A DNA stretch of 32,000 nt, taken from positions 248,205 to 280,204 of the forward strand of contig NZ_JABBFR010000001.1 in NCBI RefSeq assembly GCF_018494065.1, read 5' to 3'. The position numbers and the translations under genes were made by a program. Position 1 is the stretch's first letter. Every line of letters begins with the position of its first letter. The notes under the pieces are model-generated. The model was not told where the DNA came from. It was given only the letters and a program-made list of their open reading frames with translations, and made no database searches. Positions 1 through 9,346 of the stretch are shown in pieces. This DNA is from Rosenbergiella gaditana. Its GTDB lineage: Bacteria; Pseudomonadota; Gammaproteobacteria; Enterobacterales; Enterobacteriaceae.

Positions 1-368
1 GAATGGGTACCGATATTGGCGCAGGAACCAGTTTTTCCTTGTTACGCACCTTATCTGAAGCCTATAAGGTTCAACAATTACAACACTATTCATTAACGGT
101 AACGGAAGCCTTTTACCATGCTACCTTGGGCGGAGCGGTGTCCCTTGCACTGGATGATAAGATTGGCAGCTTTATGCCCGGTAAGGATGCAGACTTTATT
201 GTCGTAGATTTAGCCGTAACGCCTTTGCAGACGCTACGGCAATCGCGGTGCCGAGATATTTGGGAGCGTCTTTTTGTGTTAATGACTTTAGGGGATGAGC
301 GCAATATCCGTCAAACTTGGGTTAATGGGCGTTGTGCATTCCAACGCCACGATAATATTTCGAGCTGA
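1..368 (+). CDS. guaD: guanine deaminase, C-terminal part (5' end outside window)
   Basis: The frame is open from the window edge. GTDIGAGTSFS...AFYHATLGGA...PGKDADFIVVD...LFVLMTLGDERNI matches the conserved C-terminus of enterobacterial GuaD as I recall it. The gene sits next to hpxO (purine catabolism context). Confidence 0.8.
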   Translation, partial: MGTDIGAGTSFSLLRTLSEAYKVQQLQHYSLTVTEAFYHATLGGAVSLALDDKIGSFMPGKDADFIVVDLAVTPLQTLRQSRCRDIWERLFVLMTLGDERNIRQTWVNGRCAFQRHDNISS

Positions 369-372
369 TGTC

Positions 373-1530
373 TTAACCCAGAGGTCCCCCTTCAATTGTT
401 TCACACATGCCGGCGAGGATACGTTCGCCGGTTTCCGAACGGAGCTCTTGGTACCAAGCCTCAGTCTGTTGTGGATCGATAGCATGCGTGACATCACAGC
501 GTTTGCGCGCTTTCAACACCAAATCACGGGTACGCACCGTACGACGTTGTTGGTAACGCTGCAAACAATCTTCAATGCCGAGAGAGTGACTGGCCAGAAT
601 ATCCGCTAGTACGACGGCATCTTCAATGGCTGCACACCCTCCTTGACCAATATCGGGCGTCGTACTGTGTGCGGCATCACCCAATAGTGCTACCCGTCCT
701 TTCACAAACTGATCAAAAGGATCAATGTCGTGGATTTCAACACGATTGGTGGTGGAGGGGTCGAGGGTGTCAATTAATGTCTGTACCGCAGGACACCAGC
801 CAGCGAAGTAGTTTTTGAGGTTCTCTTTCAATGTTTCTCGATTTTCCGCTAACCCCAAGGGTAAGGGCACATCGAAAAAGAAATAAAAACGATGATGACT
901 GACGGGCATGAGTGACACCCGCTTGCCTTCTCCAACGTATGTGGTCCATTGTGAAGCGGGAGCAATCGTTTCATCCACGGCGACTAATCCATTCCAGTTC
1001 ACATACCCGGCATAGCGTCGAGGCAGTGCTTTTTCTAGAACATAGGGCCGGGCGACAGAGTGCGTCCCATCGGCGGCGATTAAAAAATCGCCCTGTGCCT
1101 GAGTGCCATCCTCAAAGGTGACTGTCACGCCTTCCCTATTTTGGTCGATAGTCGCCAGTCGCTTACCGAACTGGATACGGCTTTTACCATAGTGATCGAT
1201 GAGCATATTCTGCAGTTCTGCCCGTACCACGGGATAAGGCGTTTCACCAACACGTTGCACTAAAGGGGACATACTGAACTGGGTGAGCGGTGAGCCGTGA
1301 CGGTAATCAAAGTATGCCATGGTACGCATATTGCCGCCAATCGCTTTAATTTTCTCGCCTAAACCAAGTGCATTCAGACATTTAACCCCATTTGGCCAGA
1401 TAGAGATGGCCGCACCAACGGGCTTCATCTCTTTCACTGCTTCAAAAACTTGGGTAGTGATGCCTTTATTCTCAAGGGCTATCGCACTTGATATCCCCCC
1501 AATACCCGCACCAATTATTATTGCTTTCAT
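373..1530 (-). CDS. hpxO: FAD-dependent urate hydroxylase (HpxO-type monooxygenase)
   Basis: 385 aa. N-terminal GAGIGG Rossmann motif. Long collinear matches to Klebsiella HpxO as remembered (VGAAISIWPNGVKC, RRYAGYVNWNGLV, QWTTYVGEGKRVSLMPVS, RFYFFFDVPLP, LLGDAAHSTTPDIGQGGCAA, LVLKARKRCD, EAWYQELR). Confidence 0.85.
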   Translation of the reverse strand: MKAIIIGAGIGGISSAIALENKGITTQVFEAVKEMKPVGAAISIWPNGVKCLNALGLGEKIKAIGGNMRTMAYFDYRHGSPLTQFSMSPLVQRVGETPYPVVRAELQNMLIDHYGKSRIQFGKRLATIDQNREGVTVTFEDGTQAQGDFLIAADGTHSVARPYVLEKALPRRYAGYVNWNGLVAVDETIAPASQWTTYVGEGKRVSLMPVSHHRFYFFFDVPLPLGLAENRETLKENLKNYFAGWCPAVQTLIDTLDPSTTNRVEIHDIDPFDQFVKGRVALLGDAAHSTTPDIGQGGCAAIEDAVVLADILASHSLGIEDCLQRYQQRRTVRTRDLVLKARKRCDVTHAIDPQQTEAWYQELRSETGERILAGMCETIEGGPLG

Positions 1531-1708
1531 AGTAAACCCCTTGCTAACAGATAGGGGGATAGTTGCAACTTTTGTACCAATTTAAGTATTGACGTTTTTT
1601 TGGTTTCATTGGCTAGTATGGAAACTTCTCTGCCTTACGTCGGGGAGACTGTTGCACTGATAAAGGACATTGCACTATTGTAGGGATAACTTTTTAGGAG
1701 ACAGAGCA

Positions 1709-2203
1709 ATGAAAAAATTAAGGTTATCTGGACTCATATTGATCGGATTAAGCGTTTCAAGCGGCATATTCACTACTACAGCGCGTGCCAGTGAGCCACT
1801 TGAGGCTTATCCAACCTCTTTACCTGGGTTACAACGTCACGTTATTCAACTCCCCGTTCTCAACAATGAGGCCAACCAGCAGGTCGAACTGATTATTGGA
1901 AAAGAAGAGCAGGTGGACTGTAATGCGACATCGCTATTGGGGACACTGACTTCTGAAACAGTCAAAGGGTGGGGGTATGATTATTATCAGGTGAAGGTTA
2001 AGCCGGGACGAATCTCGACCAAGATGGCATGCTTGCCTCAAACGCTTCAGAAAAAATTTATCACATTACCTTTAGACACATCACAACGCTTTGTTCGCTA
2101 TAACAGTAAGTTACCCATTGTGGTGTATGCACCGCAAGAGTTAGAAGTGAAGTATCGAATTTGGCAGGCTAACACTACGATATCCACTGCTGAGCAAAAG
2201 TAA
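1709..2203 (+). CDS. eco: ecotin (periplasmic serine protease inhibitor)
   Basis: Signal peptide MKKLRLSGLILIGLSV.., an AGGAG RBS at 1696-1700, and ecotin hallmarks (VELIIGK..VDCN, GWGYDYY, MAC, RYNSKLPIVVYAP..EVKYRIW). I prefer the start at the internal ATG 1709 over the ORF-track start 1670. Confidence 0.9.
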   Translation: MKKLRLSGLILIGLSVSSGIFTTTARASEPLEAYPTSLPGLQRHVIQLPVLNNEANQQVELIIGKEEQVDCNATSLLGTLTSETVKGWGYDYYQVKVKPGRISTKMACLPQTLQKKFITLPLDTSQRFVRYNSKLPIVVYAPQELEVKYRIWQANTTISTAEQK

Positions 2204-2206
2204 GCA

Positions 2207-2229
2207 GAGCGCCCTAAACTGGGGCGCTC
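2207..2229. terminator. hairpin between convergent eco and cytochrome c genes (candidate bidirectional terminator)
   Basis: GAGCGCCC-taaactg-GGGCGCTC, an 8-bp GC-rich stem. The flanking U-tracts are weak. Confidence 0.45.
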
Positions 2230-2237
2230 AATCGATA

Positions 2238-3434
2238 TTAATGTGTAGCCAAGAACGTCTTGACTTGTGACGCTGTCACTTTTTCTTCCTTACCAGCAAA
2301 ACGCCCTCGTACATAATTGGTTAAATCCGCGAGCTGTTCATCGTTGAGGACATGATGATAACCAGGCATTGACCAAGAGAGCTGTCCCAGCGTTTGCGGG
2401 GTTTGTGCGCCCTGAGCGATAACTTGAATCAGACTTGCGGGATTGTCCGCCATTACCAGTAAATTATTTTGCAGTGAAGGAATAACGTTAGGTGTGCCTT
2501 GACCTTCTTTGCCATGACATGTCGAGCAGTAACGCAGATAGTTTTTATCTGGATCAGTCAATGAAACTTGCAGCGCTGCCGGTCTTTGATTTTTCTCAAT
2601 ACGTATAGAGTCTAAGTAAAGCCCAATTGCTTTGGCATCACTGTCGGTCAAATACTGGCTACTGTGAGTGATCACTGAGGACATCGGTCCAGTAATCGCG
2701 CTGGTGGCATTGTGACCGGTTTTCAATATTAAGGCGGTTTGCTCTGCGTCGTAGGGTAATTGGCGAAGCGAAGGGGCGAACCATCCTTCAATTTCAGCCC
2801 CAGAGAGATAACTTTCACTCGCTGCCGTTAATCCTTTTTCCTGCATCATCCAACCACGGGGAGTATGACAGGCCCCACAGTGTCCGGGACCTTCCACTAG
2901 CCACGCACCACGCTTAATCGGATCGCTATCGCTGGTCGAGGTTGCACTGTTAGTCGGATTGGGAGCGTTGATGGCGTTCCAAATACGTAATGGCCAGCGG
3001 GCGGCGAGGTACCAAGGGATATCATTACCACTATTCGGCTGGTCGACCGCTTTAACACCCTGCATAAAATAAGTATAGAGCGCGTGAATATCCTGATCAC
3101 TCAGCTTTGCATAGGCATTATAAGGCATGGCCGGATAGAGACGTTGGCCATCCTTGCGGACTCCTTCACGTACCGCACGGGAGAACTCGGATTCACTGTA
3201 ATCGCCAATACCCTGTTGTTTATCTGGACTAATGTTGGTCGAATAGATCGTGCCGATAGGTAAAGCAAACTTCACGCCACCAGCAAAAGGCTTTCCACTA
3301 TCTGGTGTATGGCACGCCATGCAATCCGCCGCGCGAGCCAGATATTCACCCTGTGAGATCAGTGCAGTATTTTCTGTTGCATAGCTTTGCAGGGAAAATA
3401 GGAATAAGGTCGCTAATCCTAATTTTAGTTTCAT
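2238..3434 (-). CDS. tri-haem cytochrome c subunit of a periplasmic/membrane-bound dehydrogenase
   Basis: Signal peptide plus three CxxCH motifs (CMACH, CGACH, CSTCH), the layout of gluconate-2-dehydrogenase-type cytochrome c subunits. Its start overlaps the upstream gene's stop (ATGA at 3431-3434). Confidence 0.85.
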   Translation of the reverse strand: MKLKLGLATLFLFSLQSYATENTALISQGEYLARAADCMACHTPDSGKPFAGGVKFALPIGTIYSTNISPDKQQGIGDYSESEFSRAVREGVRKDGQRLYPAMPYNAYAKLSDQDIHALYTYFMQGVKAVDQPNSGNDIPWYLAARWPLRIWNAINAPNPTNSATSTSDSDPIKRGAWLVEGPGHCGACHTPRGWMMQEKGLTAASESYLSGAEIEGWFAPSLRQLPYDAEQTALILKTGHNATSAITGPMSSVITHSSQYLTDSDAKAIGLYLDSIRIEKNQRPAALQVSLTDPDKNYLRYCSTCHGKEGQGTPNVIPSLQNNLLVMADNPASLIQVIAQGAQTPQTLGQLSWSMPGYHHVLNDEQLADLTNYVRGRFAGKEEKVTASQVKTFLATH

Positions 3435-5338
3435 GATGCTGCTCCTTGAGGTACGGATAGCTCATTGACTGCTCTCCATGCTTGGTCAATTGCAGCGTGA
3501 GCATAAGGACTCCAATCTGAATCCGAATTAGCGATTACCACATGCCCAAACGGCTGACGCGCGGTCTTGATGGTTTTCTCGGCCTCGTCTTCATCATCAT
3601 ATAGGGTATTAACGATATAGGAGTAGCCATGCGCCCAACGGTTTACGGTAATCCCCAAGATATCTTGTTGGTGATCAAACCCAGCTTGGCCGAGCATTCC
3701 TTGCAGCTGCTCGCGGATCATCGTTTCAAACGTACTAAAAGGCGTTCCTAATAACCACGCCCGGCCTTTACGCGATTGTTCGCGATTGGATAACCCGCTA
3801 CCCGCCAGTGTAGGAACGTGAACCATATGCAGACAAATTGGCTTATTAGGATCACGGGGGTGGCGGTAGTCGCCCATATCGACCGGGAAGTCGAGTTTAA
3901 CCATACTGAAAGGCGCGGCCGGCGAATAGACATCATGGACACCTAATTGCTGGAAGGCACGCCATTGACGGATGACCACATTGCAATAGACTAAGGGGGC
4001 TTTAACATTCTGATGTAATGCTACTTTTTGGGCTTCTGGTAACTCAGGCATCAACCATGGAATAATCATATTATAACAAGCCATGACGACTTTATTGGCA
4101 GACACCTTATGCAGTTCGCCATGCTCGAAATAGCTCACTTCAGCAAGCGTATCGTGATTGGTCACATTCACCACGGTACTATTAAGACGTAACCGCACAG
4201 GGTGATCGTCACGATCTAATTGTGAGTAATCAAATTTCGCCGTAACGCAATCGTGCATCGTATCGCCCGGTGCCACACTGGGGATCAGGCGGCGTACCAT
4301 GATACGCGCCAGACCGGCATTGCCATCCGGGAAGTGGTAAATATAGGGGTCAGTAAGTTCGGCTTGTTCTTCTGGGTCAAGCGCCGGCAGTCCCATGGCC
4401 TCGAAACCAGGTAAACCACAGAGTTGTGCATCATTACATGCTGTTGCATCAATACCGACGGCTTGGAAATCATTAGTCATTTGCTGGAAATAGGCGATGG
4501 CGGTTTGAGATAGGCCAACCTTATCTTTCAGAAATTCTAAATAACTGTGCTTAGCCAACCAGTCTATTTTTTGCTGGGTATCCATGCCTGATAAATAATC
4601 TTTAGGTAGCGTATGCAATAAAATCAACGCTTGGCGATCTTCCGAGGAAAGGGGGAAGTCATTAATGTAGTCCGTGATAGGGCGACCATTACGACGATTG
4701 GCAGGGATATCATCTGCCACCACGCCATCCGGGTCACCGCTGACTAGCTTATCTTCACCAAAATGGGCTTTATCGAAATAGACACCACGGCTTAGCTTGA
4801 GGTCAGGGTAAAAATTAACGTCAAAATCTTTCGCCATCTGCTGAATATCAATATTTAGCGATTTCAATAATTGCAACACGACCGGACTGTAAATATGGGT
4901 AGGGGATTGAAAAGACTCACTCCCACCGTAACCAATAATGGTTCCTTCAGGCGTTGAAAACTCGTTACGCTTTGCATGGCCGCCAAAGTCATCATGGTTA
5001 TCCAATAGCAGGATACGTTGATCGTTACCCATCTTTTGTTGCCAAAAGAGTGCGCTAGCCAGACCACTCAATCCTGCACCGACAATCACCAAATCGTAAT
5101 GCTCTTTAGGGGATAATTTTTTAACCGCCGGAAGCACTCCTTCGCGCCCAATTTTATGCGCCATCTCGAAGGATCCTGGGTGGTTACCGCGCATCCCCAT
5201 CAACGCTGGTGGGTAATAGCGATTATTTTCTGTGGTCATCGCCGCGTAACTGAGTTTAAATGGTGTTAGGCCGGCAGCTAAGGTGATAGCCGTACCATTT
5301 AAAAAATCACGCCGAGTAATGGGCATGTCATTCTCCAT
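3431..5338 (-). CDS. Tat-exported FAD-dependent oxidoreductase (spermidine-dehydrogenase/amine-oxidase-like)
   Basis: Twin-arginine leader (ITRRDFLNGTAITLAAG) and an FAD dinucleotide fold (DLVIVGAGLSGLASA). It is translationally coupled to the cytochrome c gene. The substrate assignment is an inference from remembered SpdH-family architecture. The start may be ATG 5338 or 5326. Confidence 0.65.
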   Translation of the reverse strand: MENDMPITRRDFLNGTAITLAAGLTPFKLSYAAMTTENNRYYPPALMGMRGNHPGSFEMAHKIGREGVLPAVKKLSPKEHYDLVIVGAGLSGLASALFWQQKMGNDQRILLLDNHDDFGGHAKRNEFSTPEGTIIGYGGSESFQSPTHIYSPVVLQLLKSLNIDIQQMAKDFDVNFYPDLKLSRGVYFDKAHFGEDKLVSGDPDGVVADDIPANRRNGRPITDYINDFPLSSEDRQALILLHTLPKDYLSGMDTQQKIDWLAKHSYLEFLKDKVGLSQTAIAYFQQMTNDFQAVGIDATACNDAQLCGLPGFEAMGLPALDPEEQAELTDPYIYHFPDGNAGLARIMVRRLIPSVAPGDTMHDCVTAKFDYSQLDRDDHPVRLRLNSTVVNVTNHDTLAEVSYFEHGELHKVSANKVVMACYNMIIPWLMPELPEAQKVALHQNVKAPLVYCNVVIRQWRAFQQLGVHDVYSPAAPFSMVKLDFPVDMGDYRHPRDPNKPICLHMVHVPTLAGSGLSNREQSRKGRAWLLGTPFSTFETMIREQLQGMLGQAGFDHQQDILGITVNRWAHGYSYIVNTLYDDEDEAEKTIKTARQPFGHVVIANSDSDWSPYAHAAIDQAWRAVNELSVPQGAAS

Positions 5339-5629
5339 TGCTTCTTATAGTTATCGATATATTTTGCCGCCAAGGGTACCGATTTTCCACGCTGGGTTCC
5401 AGCCAGTCTGTGATAAACGTGACGCTTGAATACAATTAACCCCCAGGTTTAGAGAGTTTCGCTCAGTTTATGGGAGTGGGTGGAGATAGATTAGCATCGT
5501 TGTATAGGATTAATGACTGGAATTAACACTTTTATCACCTCGTTTTATCGTTCAAAAATGTTACCCTTTTAGTTCAATGATACGTCACTGTCGGTGAGGT
5601 ATCCCTACACCCTGCATGAGGAGTAAACC

Positions 5630-6361
5630 ATGACACGTAAAGTTGCACTGATTACTGGCGGCAGCCGTGGGATAGGCGCAGCCATTGCTCGCCAATTGGC
5701 CGAGCAAGGATTTGATATTGCCCTTTCCTTTGCGCGTAATAAGGTAAAAGCTAACGAAGTCGCTGAACAAATCTCAGCATTAGGCCGCAAGGTCGCGTTG
5801 ATTCAAGCTGACGGTTCGACAGTCGAAGGTAATCAGTTAGTGGTTAGGGAGACGGTAAAGCAGTTAGGTCGGCTTGACGTATTGGTCTGTAATGCGGGTA
5901 TTGGTAATCATAAACCCATTACTGAAGTCACCAGTGACGATATTGATGCGGTGCTCAACCTCAACTTACGCGGAATGATGATTGAGACCAGCGAGGCGGT
6001 AAAAGTGATGGGTGAAGGGGGCCGAATTGTATTAATGGGCTCAGCCTTTGCGGGACGTGTTCCTTTTGGTGGTCTTTCGGTCTACGCTGCCACCAAAGCA
6101 GGATTACGTGGGTTCGCACAAGGGGTGGCGCGCGATCTCGGGAAAAAAGGCATTACGATTAATGTGTTGGAGCCGGGTCCGATCGACACAGACTTGAACC
6201 CAGCGAACACCGAGGACGCTCAGTATCTCAGCAGTTTTGTGGCAACCGGCGCTTACGGTCAAGTTAACGATATTGCGAATGCCGTGGGATTCTTGGTAAG
6301 TGAGAAGGCCGGTTATATTACTGGCATTGCCATGCCGGTAGACGGTGGGTTACTCGCCTAA
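5630..6361 (+). CDS. short-chain dehydrogenase/reductase (SDR)
   Basis: TGGSRGIG cofactor motif, NAG, catalytic YxxxK (YAATKAG), and a GAGGAG RBS upstream. Confidence 0.85.
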   Translation: MTRKVALITGGSRGIGAAIARQLAEQGFDIALSFARNKVKANEVAEQISALGRKVALIQADGSTVEGNQLVVRETVKQLGRLDVLVCNAGIGNHKPITEVTSDDIDAVLNLNLRGMMIETSEAVKVMGEGGRIVLMGSAFAGRVPFGGLSVYAATKAGLRGFAQGVARDLGKKGITINVLEPGPIDTDLNPANTEDAQYLSSFVATGAYGQVNDIANAVGFLVSEKAGYITGIAMPVDGGLLA

Positions 6362-6395
6362 GCTTTAACATTAGGCATCCTTGGATGCCTATGCT

Positions 6396-7094
6396 TTACT
6401 TTTCCACGTGACTTATCAGTTGGTCTAATTGCGCTACATCTATATCAAGCGTGTTATAGGCTTCGCTAGTGGGATTATTGATCTCGATACTGTGCTTAAC
6501 TTGATAATCAACCACTGCGTTAGCGGCAGTAAACGACAAGACATGGCCGCTAATTTTTCGATCATCACTTAAAAAGTGAAAATGAAAGCCGGGCACTGAA
6601 ATACGACCAAATAACGCTGGAGTCCAAAAACCAATTAATTGGCCAGCAATATTGTGATGGGTATCAACTTGTTGTGAGTCCGACATCTCTTGAACGGTAC
6701 GGGTTTGCGATTCATCACGCTGTGGACGCCGGATAACCACCTCATCAAAGCGGCTCTTAACATTAACGGCTAAAAAAATATTGTTGATAGCAAGCTGTTC
6801 AGATAAGCGATGCTCGAGGTTTTTATCGTTAATACCCGTGGCTTTTAACGAGTTTTCTGCCACAAAGTCGGTAACTTGTAAAAAGGGTAGTTGACGATCG
6901 TCAAGCTGGTGAAGTGACTCACCTGCCGTCGCTTCCCAAAACTCTCCTCCACATACCGTGAGTTCGCCACTAATGCCACATGAGCATCCCAAGCCAAAGA
7001 GCGTTGGGCTATGGGTAGATTTCACGGAAAAATCGCCAGCAAAGTGACCTGACATCAGCGCACCGATGGTGGAATATTGTGTAATTTTACTCAT
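6396..7094 (-). CDS. alpha-acetolactate decarboxylase family protein
   Basis: QYSTIGALMSG..FGLG...GEL at the N-terminus and GFWTP...VPGFHFHFLSDDRKISGHVL near the C-terminus resemble BudA/AlsD. I chose the start at ATG 7094 (GGAGA RBS) rather than the ORF-track start 7187. Confidence 0.65.
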   Translation of the reverse strand: MSKITQYSTIGALMSGHFAGDFSVKSTHSPTLFGLGCSCGISGELTVCGGEFWEATAGESLHQLDDRQLPFLQVTDFVAENSLKATGINDKNLEHRLSEQLAINNIFLAVNVKSRFDEVVIRRPQRDESQTRTVQEMSDSQQVDTHHNIAGQLIGFWTPALFGRISVPGFHFHFLSDDRKISGHVLSFTAANAVVDYQVKHSIEINNPTSEAYNTLDIDVAQLDQLISHVEK

Positions 7095-7249
7095 AACTCT
7101 CCGATTATTAGCGAATAAATAGTGATCAATACTCGAGGTAATGCCAGCGATATCTCTGTTTTTTTTACTGAATAAGCGTAGTATCACCTCGGCAATTTGA
7201 CTAGGCTTATCATTGAACTTAAGCGGACATATGAAACTTAGTTAAATTA

Positions 7250-8551
7250 CTAATTCAAATAGTGATTAATAAAAATAGCCGCTCTTTTAGTCACTTCAGG
7301 GAGAGACTTGACTTCTAGAGTCTCACTCTGACTATGAGCTCCCTTTCCCCAAGGGCCAAGGCCATCAAGACTGGCGCTAACATATTGTGCAATATAAGAA
7401 ATATCTGCCCCCCCACGTTCAGCAGCCGACACAGCCTGTAAGCTCGATCCCCCCAACGCCACACTAATATCGCTGAACTCAGCTAAAAGCTGCCTATTCT
7501 CATTTTTCTCCGACATAGCTGGCATTATATTGTTGAATATCAACTGGCTGGAGGTTAGTGGTAACGCGGACATCGTAATTTCACGCATTTTTTGCTCAAC
7601 CATACATTTCTGTTCATCTGATAAAAACCGTAAATCACCATGCACAAGTGTTTGAGCTGCAATGATTGTCTTCTGACCGCTGGCGTTACCGGTGTTTTGC
7701 TGCGTATCTTCCTTAACAGTCTGCCCTCCGAGAATAATGCCTGGATTAAGCGTTAACCCCGGAATATTTGAAAGGACAGTTCGAAAACTGTTTAGCACCC
7801 GTGCCGTTTCATAGATGGCACCATCCCCTGATGCAGCCTGAAATATTTTGGAGGAGTGTCCTGATTTACCACTGCTGGAAAGGTACCATTCGCTCAATCC
7901 TCGTCTTCCTGTCACCAGCTGATTTTCGGTAAGCGAAAATTCGAATCCCAGTGCAATATCGCTGCCCTGAGCGGCTTCCGTCAGTGCTTTACGTGAGATG
8001 GAGGTTGGTTTTTCTGCCTGTTCCTCATCCCCGGTAAGTACTACCGTTAGATTGGCATACTTCAATTTTCCGGCCTGATTCAGCGCCTTGAGTGCATATA
8101 AAATCGTGACGAGGCCCCCTTTATCATCAATGACTCCCGGTCCTGTTGCTGATAGGTGGTCTGGCGAAAGCGTAAATGACTGAAAAGGGCTATGGGAAGG
8201 AAAAACGGTATCCAGGTGGCCAATTATCAAAATTTTCTTTCCCGGACCGCTATGCGTAGCCACTAAACTACCGGCATGTTTCATAGAAGCGGGGAGATTG
8301 ACCCACTGTGTTTTGAAACCCAAATCATCTAATTCAATTCTGAATCGCTCCCCAACTTTTTCAACTCCGCGACGATTCCCCGTACCACTATTGATATTAA
8401 CCAAGTCCTCGAGCAGTTTTAGTTGGTTTGTTTTATGTTTATCAATGTAATTGATTAAAACGCTATCATCTGAATTTAACCTTGCATTTACTGCCGTGAT
8501 GCTGCTGAGACTGGACAGTATTAATACCAGAAATAATATTTTAGCTTTCAT
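7250..8551 (-). CDS. secreted M20-family metallopeptidase (carboxypeptidase G2-like)
   Basis: Signal peptide, then GHLDTVFP and GPGVIDDKGG motifs typical of M20 glutamate carboxypeptidases. Confidence 0.8.
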   Translation of the reverse strand: MKAKILFLVLILSSLSSITAVNARLNSDDSVLINYIDKHKTNQLKLLEDLVNINSGTGNRRGVEKVGERFRIELDDLGFKTQWVNLPASMKHAGSLVATHSGPGKKILIIGHLDTVFPSHSPFQSFTLSPDHLSATGPGVIDDKGGLVTILYALKALNQAGKLKYANLTVVLTGDEEQAEKPTSISRKALTEAAQGSDIALGFEFSLTENQLVTGRRGLSEWYLSSSGKSGHSSKIFQAASGDGAIYETARVLNSFRTVLSNIPGLTLNPGIILGGQTVKEDTQQNTGNASGQKTIIAAQTLVHGDLRFLSDEQKCMVEQKMREITMSALPLTSSQLIFNNIMPAMSEKNENRQLLAEFSDISVALGGSSLQAVSAAERGGADISYIAQYVSASLDGLGPWGKGAHSQSETLEVKSLPEVTKRAAIFINHYLN

Positions 8552-8929
8552 TTTTACTCTCCGGGCTGTACAGAGCCTGAATTTGATATGTCGGTGAGGG
8601 ACTGTAACCTGTGGTATCTGCTGTATCGCGGATACTGAGTTTTTACCTGCCGATAGTACAACACTTTCTGGTGCTGTTCGGGAACGGCCTATTTTCTGCA
8701 GTAACTACCCAACGTATGTGCCCGCTCCATTCCCTATTTCTGCCGCTGGCGTCAGATGCGACATTACGGCCATCAGGTCGATAAGCATTTACGTTACGTC
8801 ATTCATCGTGTGCTGTCACGTTTTGATTATGGCGTCAGTGTACCCTTATACATAACCATGATCTCTTCACAAGACGAGCACCCAGTTCAGCCTTCATTTC
8901 ATTTATTGCCGAATTTGTTTCTTTCTGAA

Positions 8930-9203
8930 GAAGCAGCTTCCTAGAGGATCGGTTTGAAAACCGGAATCAGAAGGGCAATTGTCAAGGGCGCTCCCCAGCG
9001 GACAAGGACTGTTTCCTTTTTGGTCCCGAAAAAGATCTCGGCTCCAACTGTAAGAATTCAGAAAATCAGACTTGGAGCCGTTTCCAGAGCCGTTTGTCAT
9101 CCCACATCGAATGTTTTCATCAGCCATCCTATAACCGCCAAAAGAAAAACAGCTACACCGATGAAAACCAGCTCTACACCATTTGTATCGTTACGCCTAG
9201 TGT
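8930..9203 (-). pseudogene. decayed 5'- and 3'-truncated copy of the prophage membrane-protein gene (homologue of 13838..14269)
   Basis: The nucleotide sequence aligns by eye with 13990-14262 at high but imperfect identity. Translated in the homologous frame it lacks a start codon and has in-frame stops (e.g. APSLIF*ILTVGAEIFFG, PIL*EAA). Confidence 0.75.
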
Positions 9204-9309
9204 TGATTCTGGTTCGTCTGGAGAAACGGGTAACGTAGAATCACTGTGATAGTCGCCAGTTAACGACCAGAGTCAACGCTCGCCGCCAGATTCCCCCTGC
9301 ATTCGCATT
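9203..9309. repeat. att-proximal tail repeat, copy 1 (pairs with 20445-20552)
   Basis: TTGATTCTGGTTCGTCTGGAGAAACGGGTAACGTAGAATCA...GATAGT.GCCAGTT.ACGACCAG.GTCAACG occurs at both places. In each case it runs into a dif/dif-like XerC arm. Confidence 0.85.
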
Positions 9310-9337
9310 AGTGCACATAATGTACAACAATTAAAAA
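9310..9337 (+). other. degenerate dif-like Xer site 1
   Basis: AGTGCACATAA-TGTACA-ACAATTAAAAA. The XerC arm matches dif at 9/11 positions and the XerD arm is degenerate. Confidence 0.6.
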
Positions 9338-9346
9338 ATGTTATAA

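Noticed and set aside
8552-8930. I searched for a left-most dif-like site or gene in the ~380 bp between the M20 peptidase and remnant A. This includes ORF 8756..8944 and weak matches such as GATGCGACATTACGG.
   Set aside because: No convincing XerC/XerD arm match. The 62-aa ORF has no RBS or recognisable features. The left boundary of the array stays undefined.
8954-9238. A conserved pair of + strand ORFs (8954..9238 and 14010..14285, MKTGIRRAI...), and likewise 8903..9127 / 13998..14183 on the minus strand, which look like a duplicated gene.
   Set aside because: They are shadow frames of the 4-TM membrane gene (13838..14269, minus) and its decayed copy. Their conservation only reflects the nucleotide repeat. 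Only the 13838..14269 frame gives a sensible hydrophobic membrane protein.
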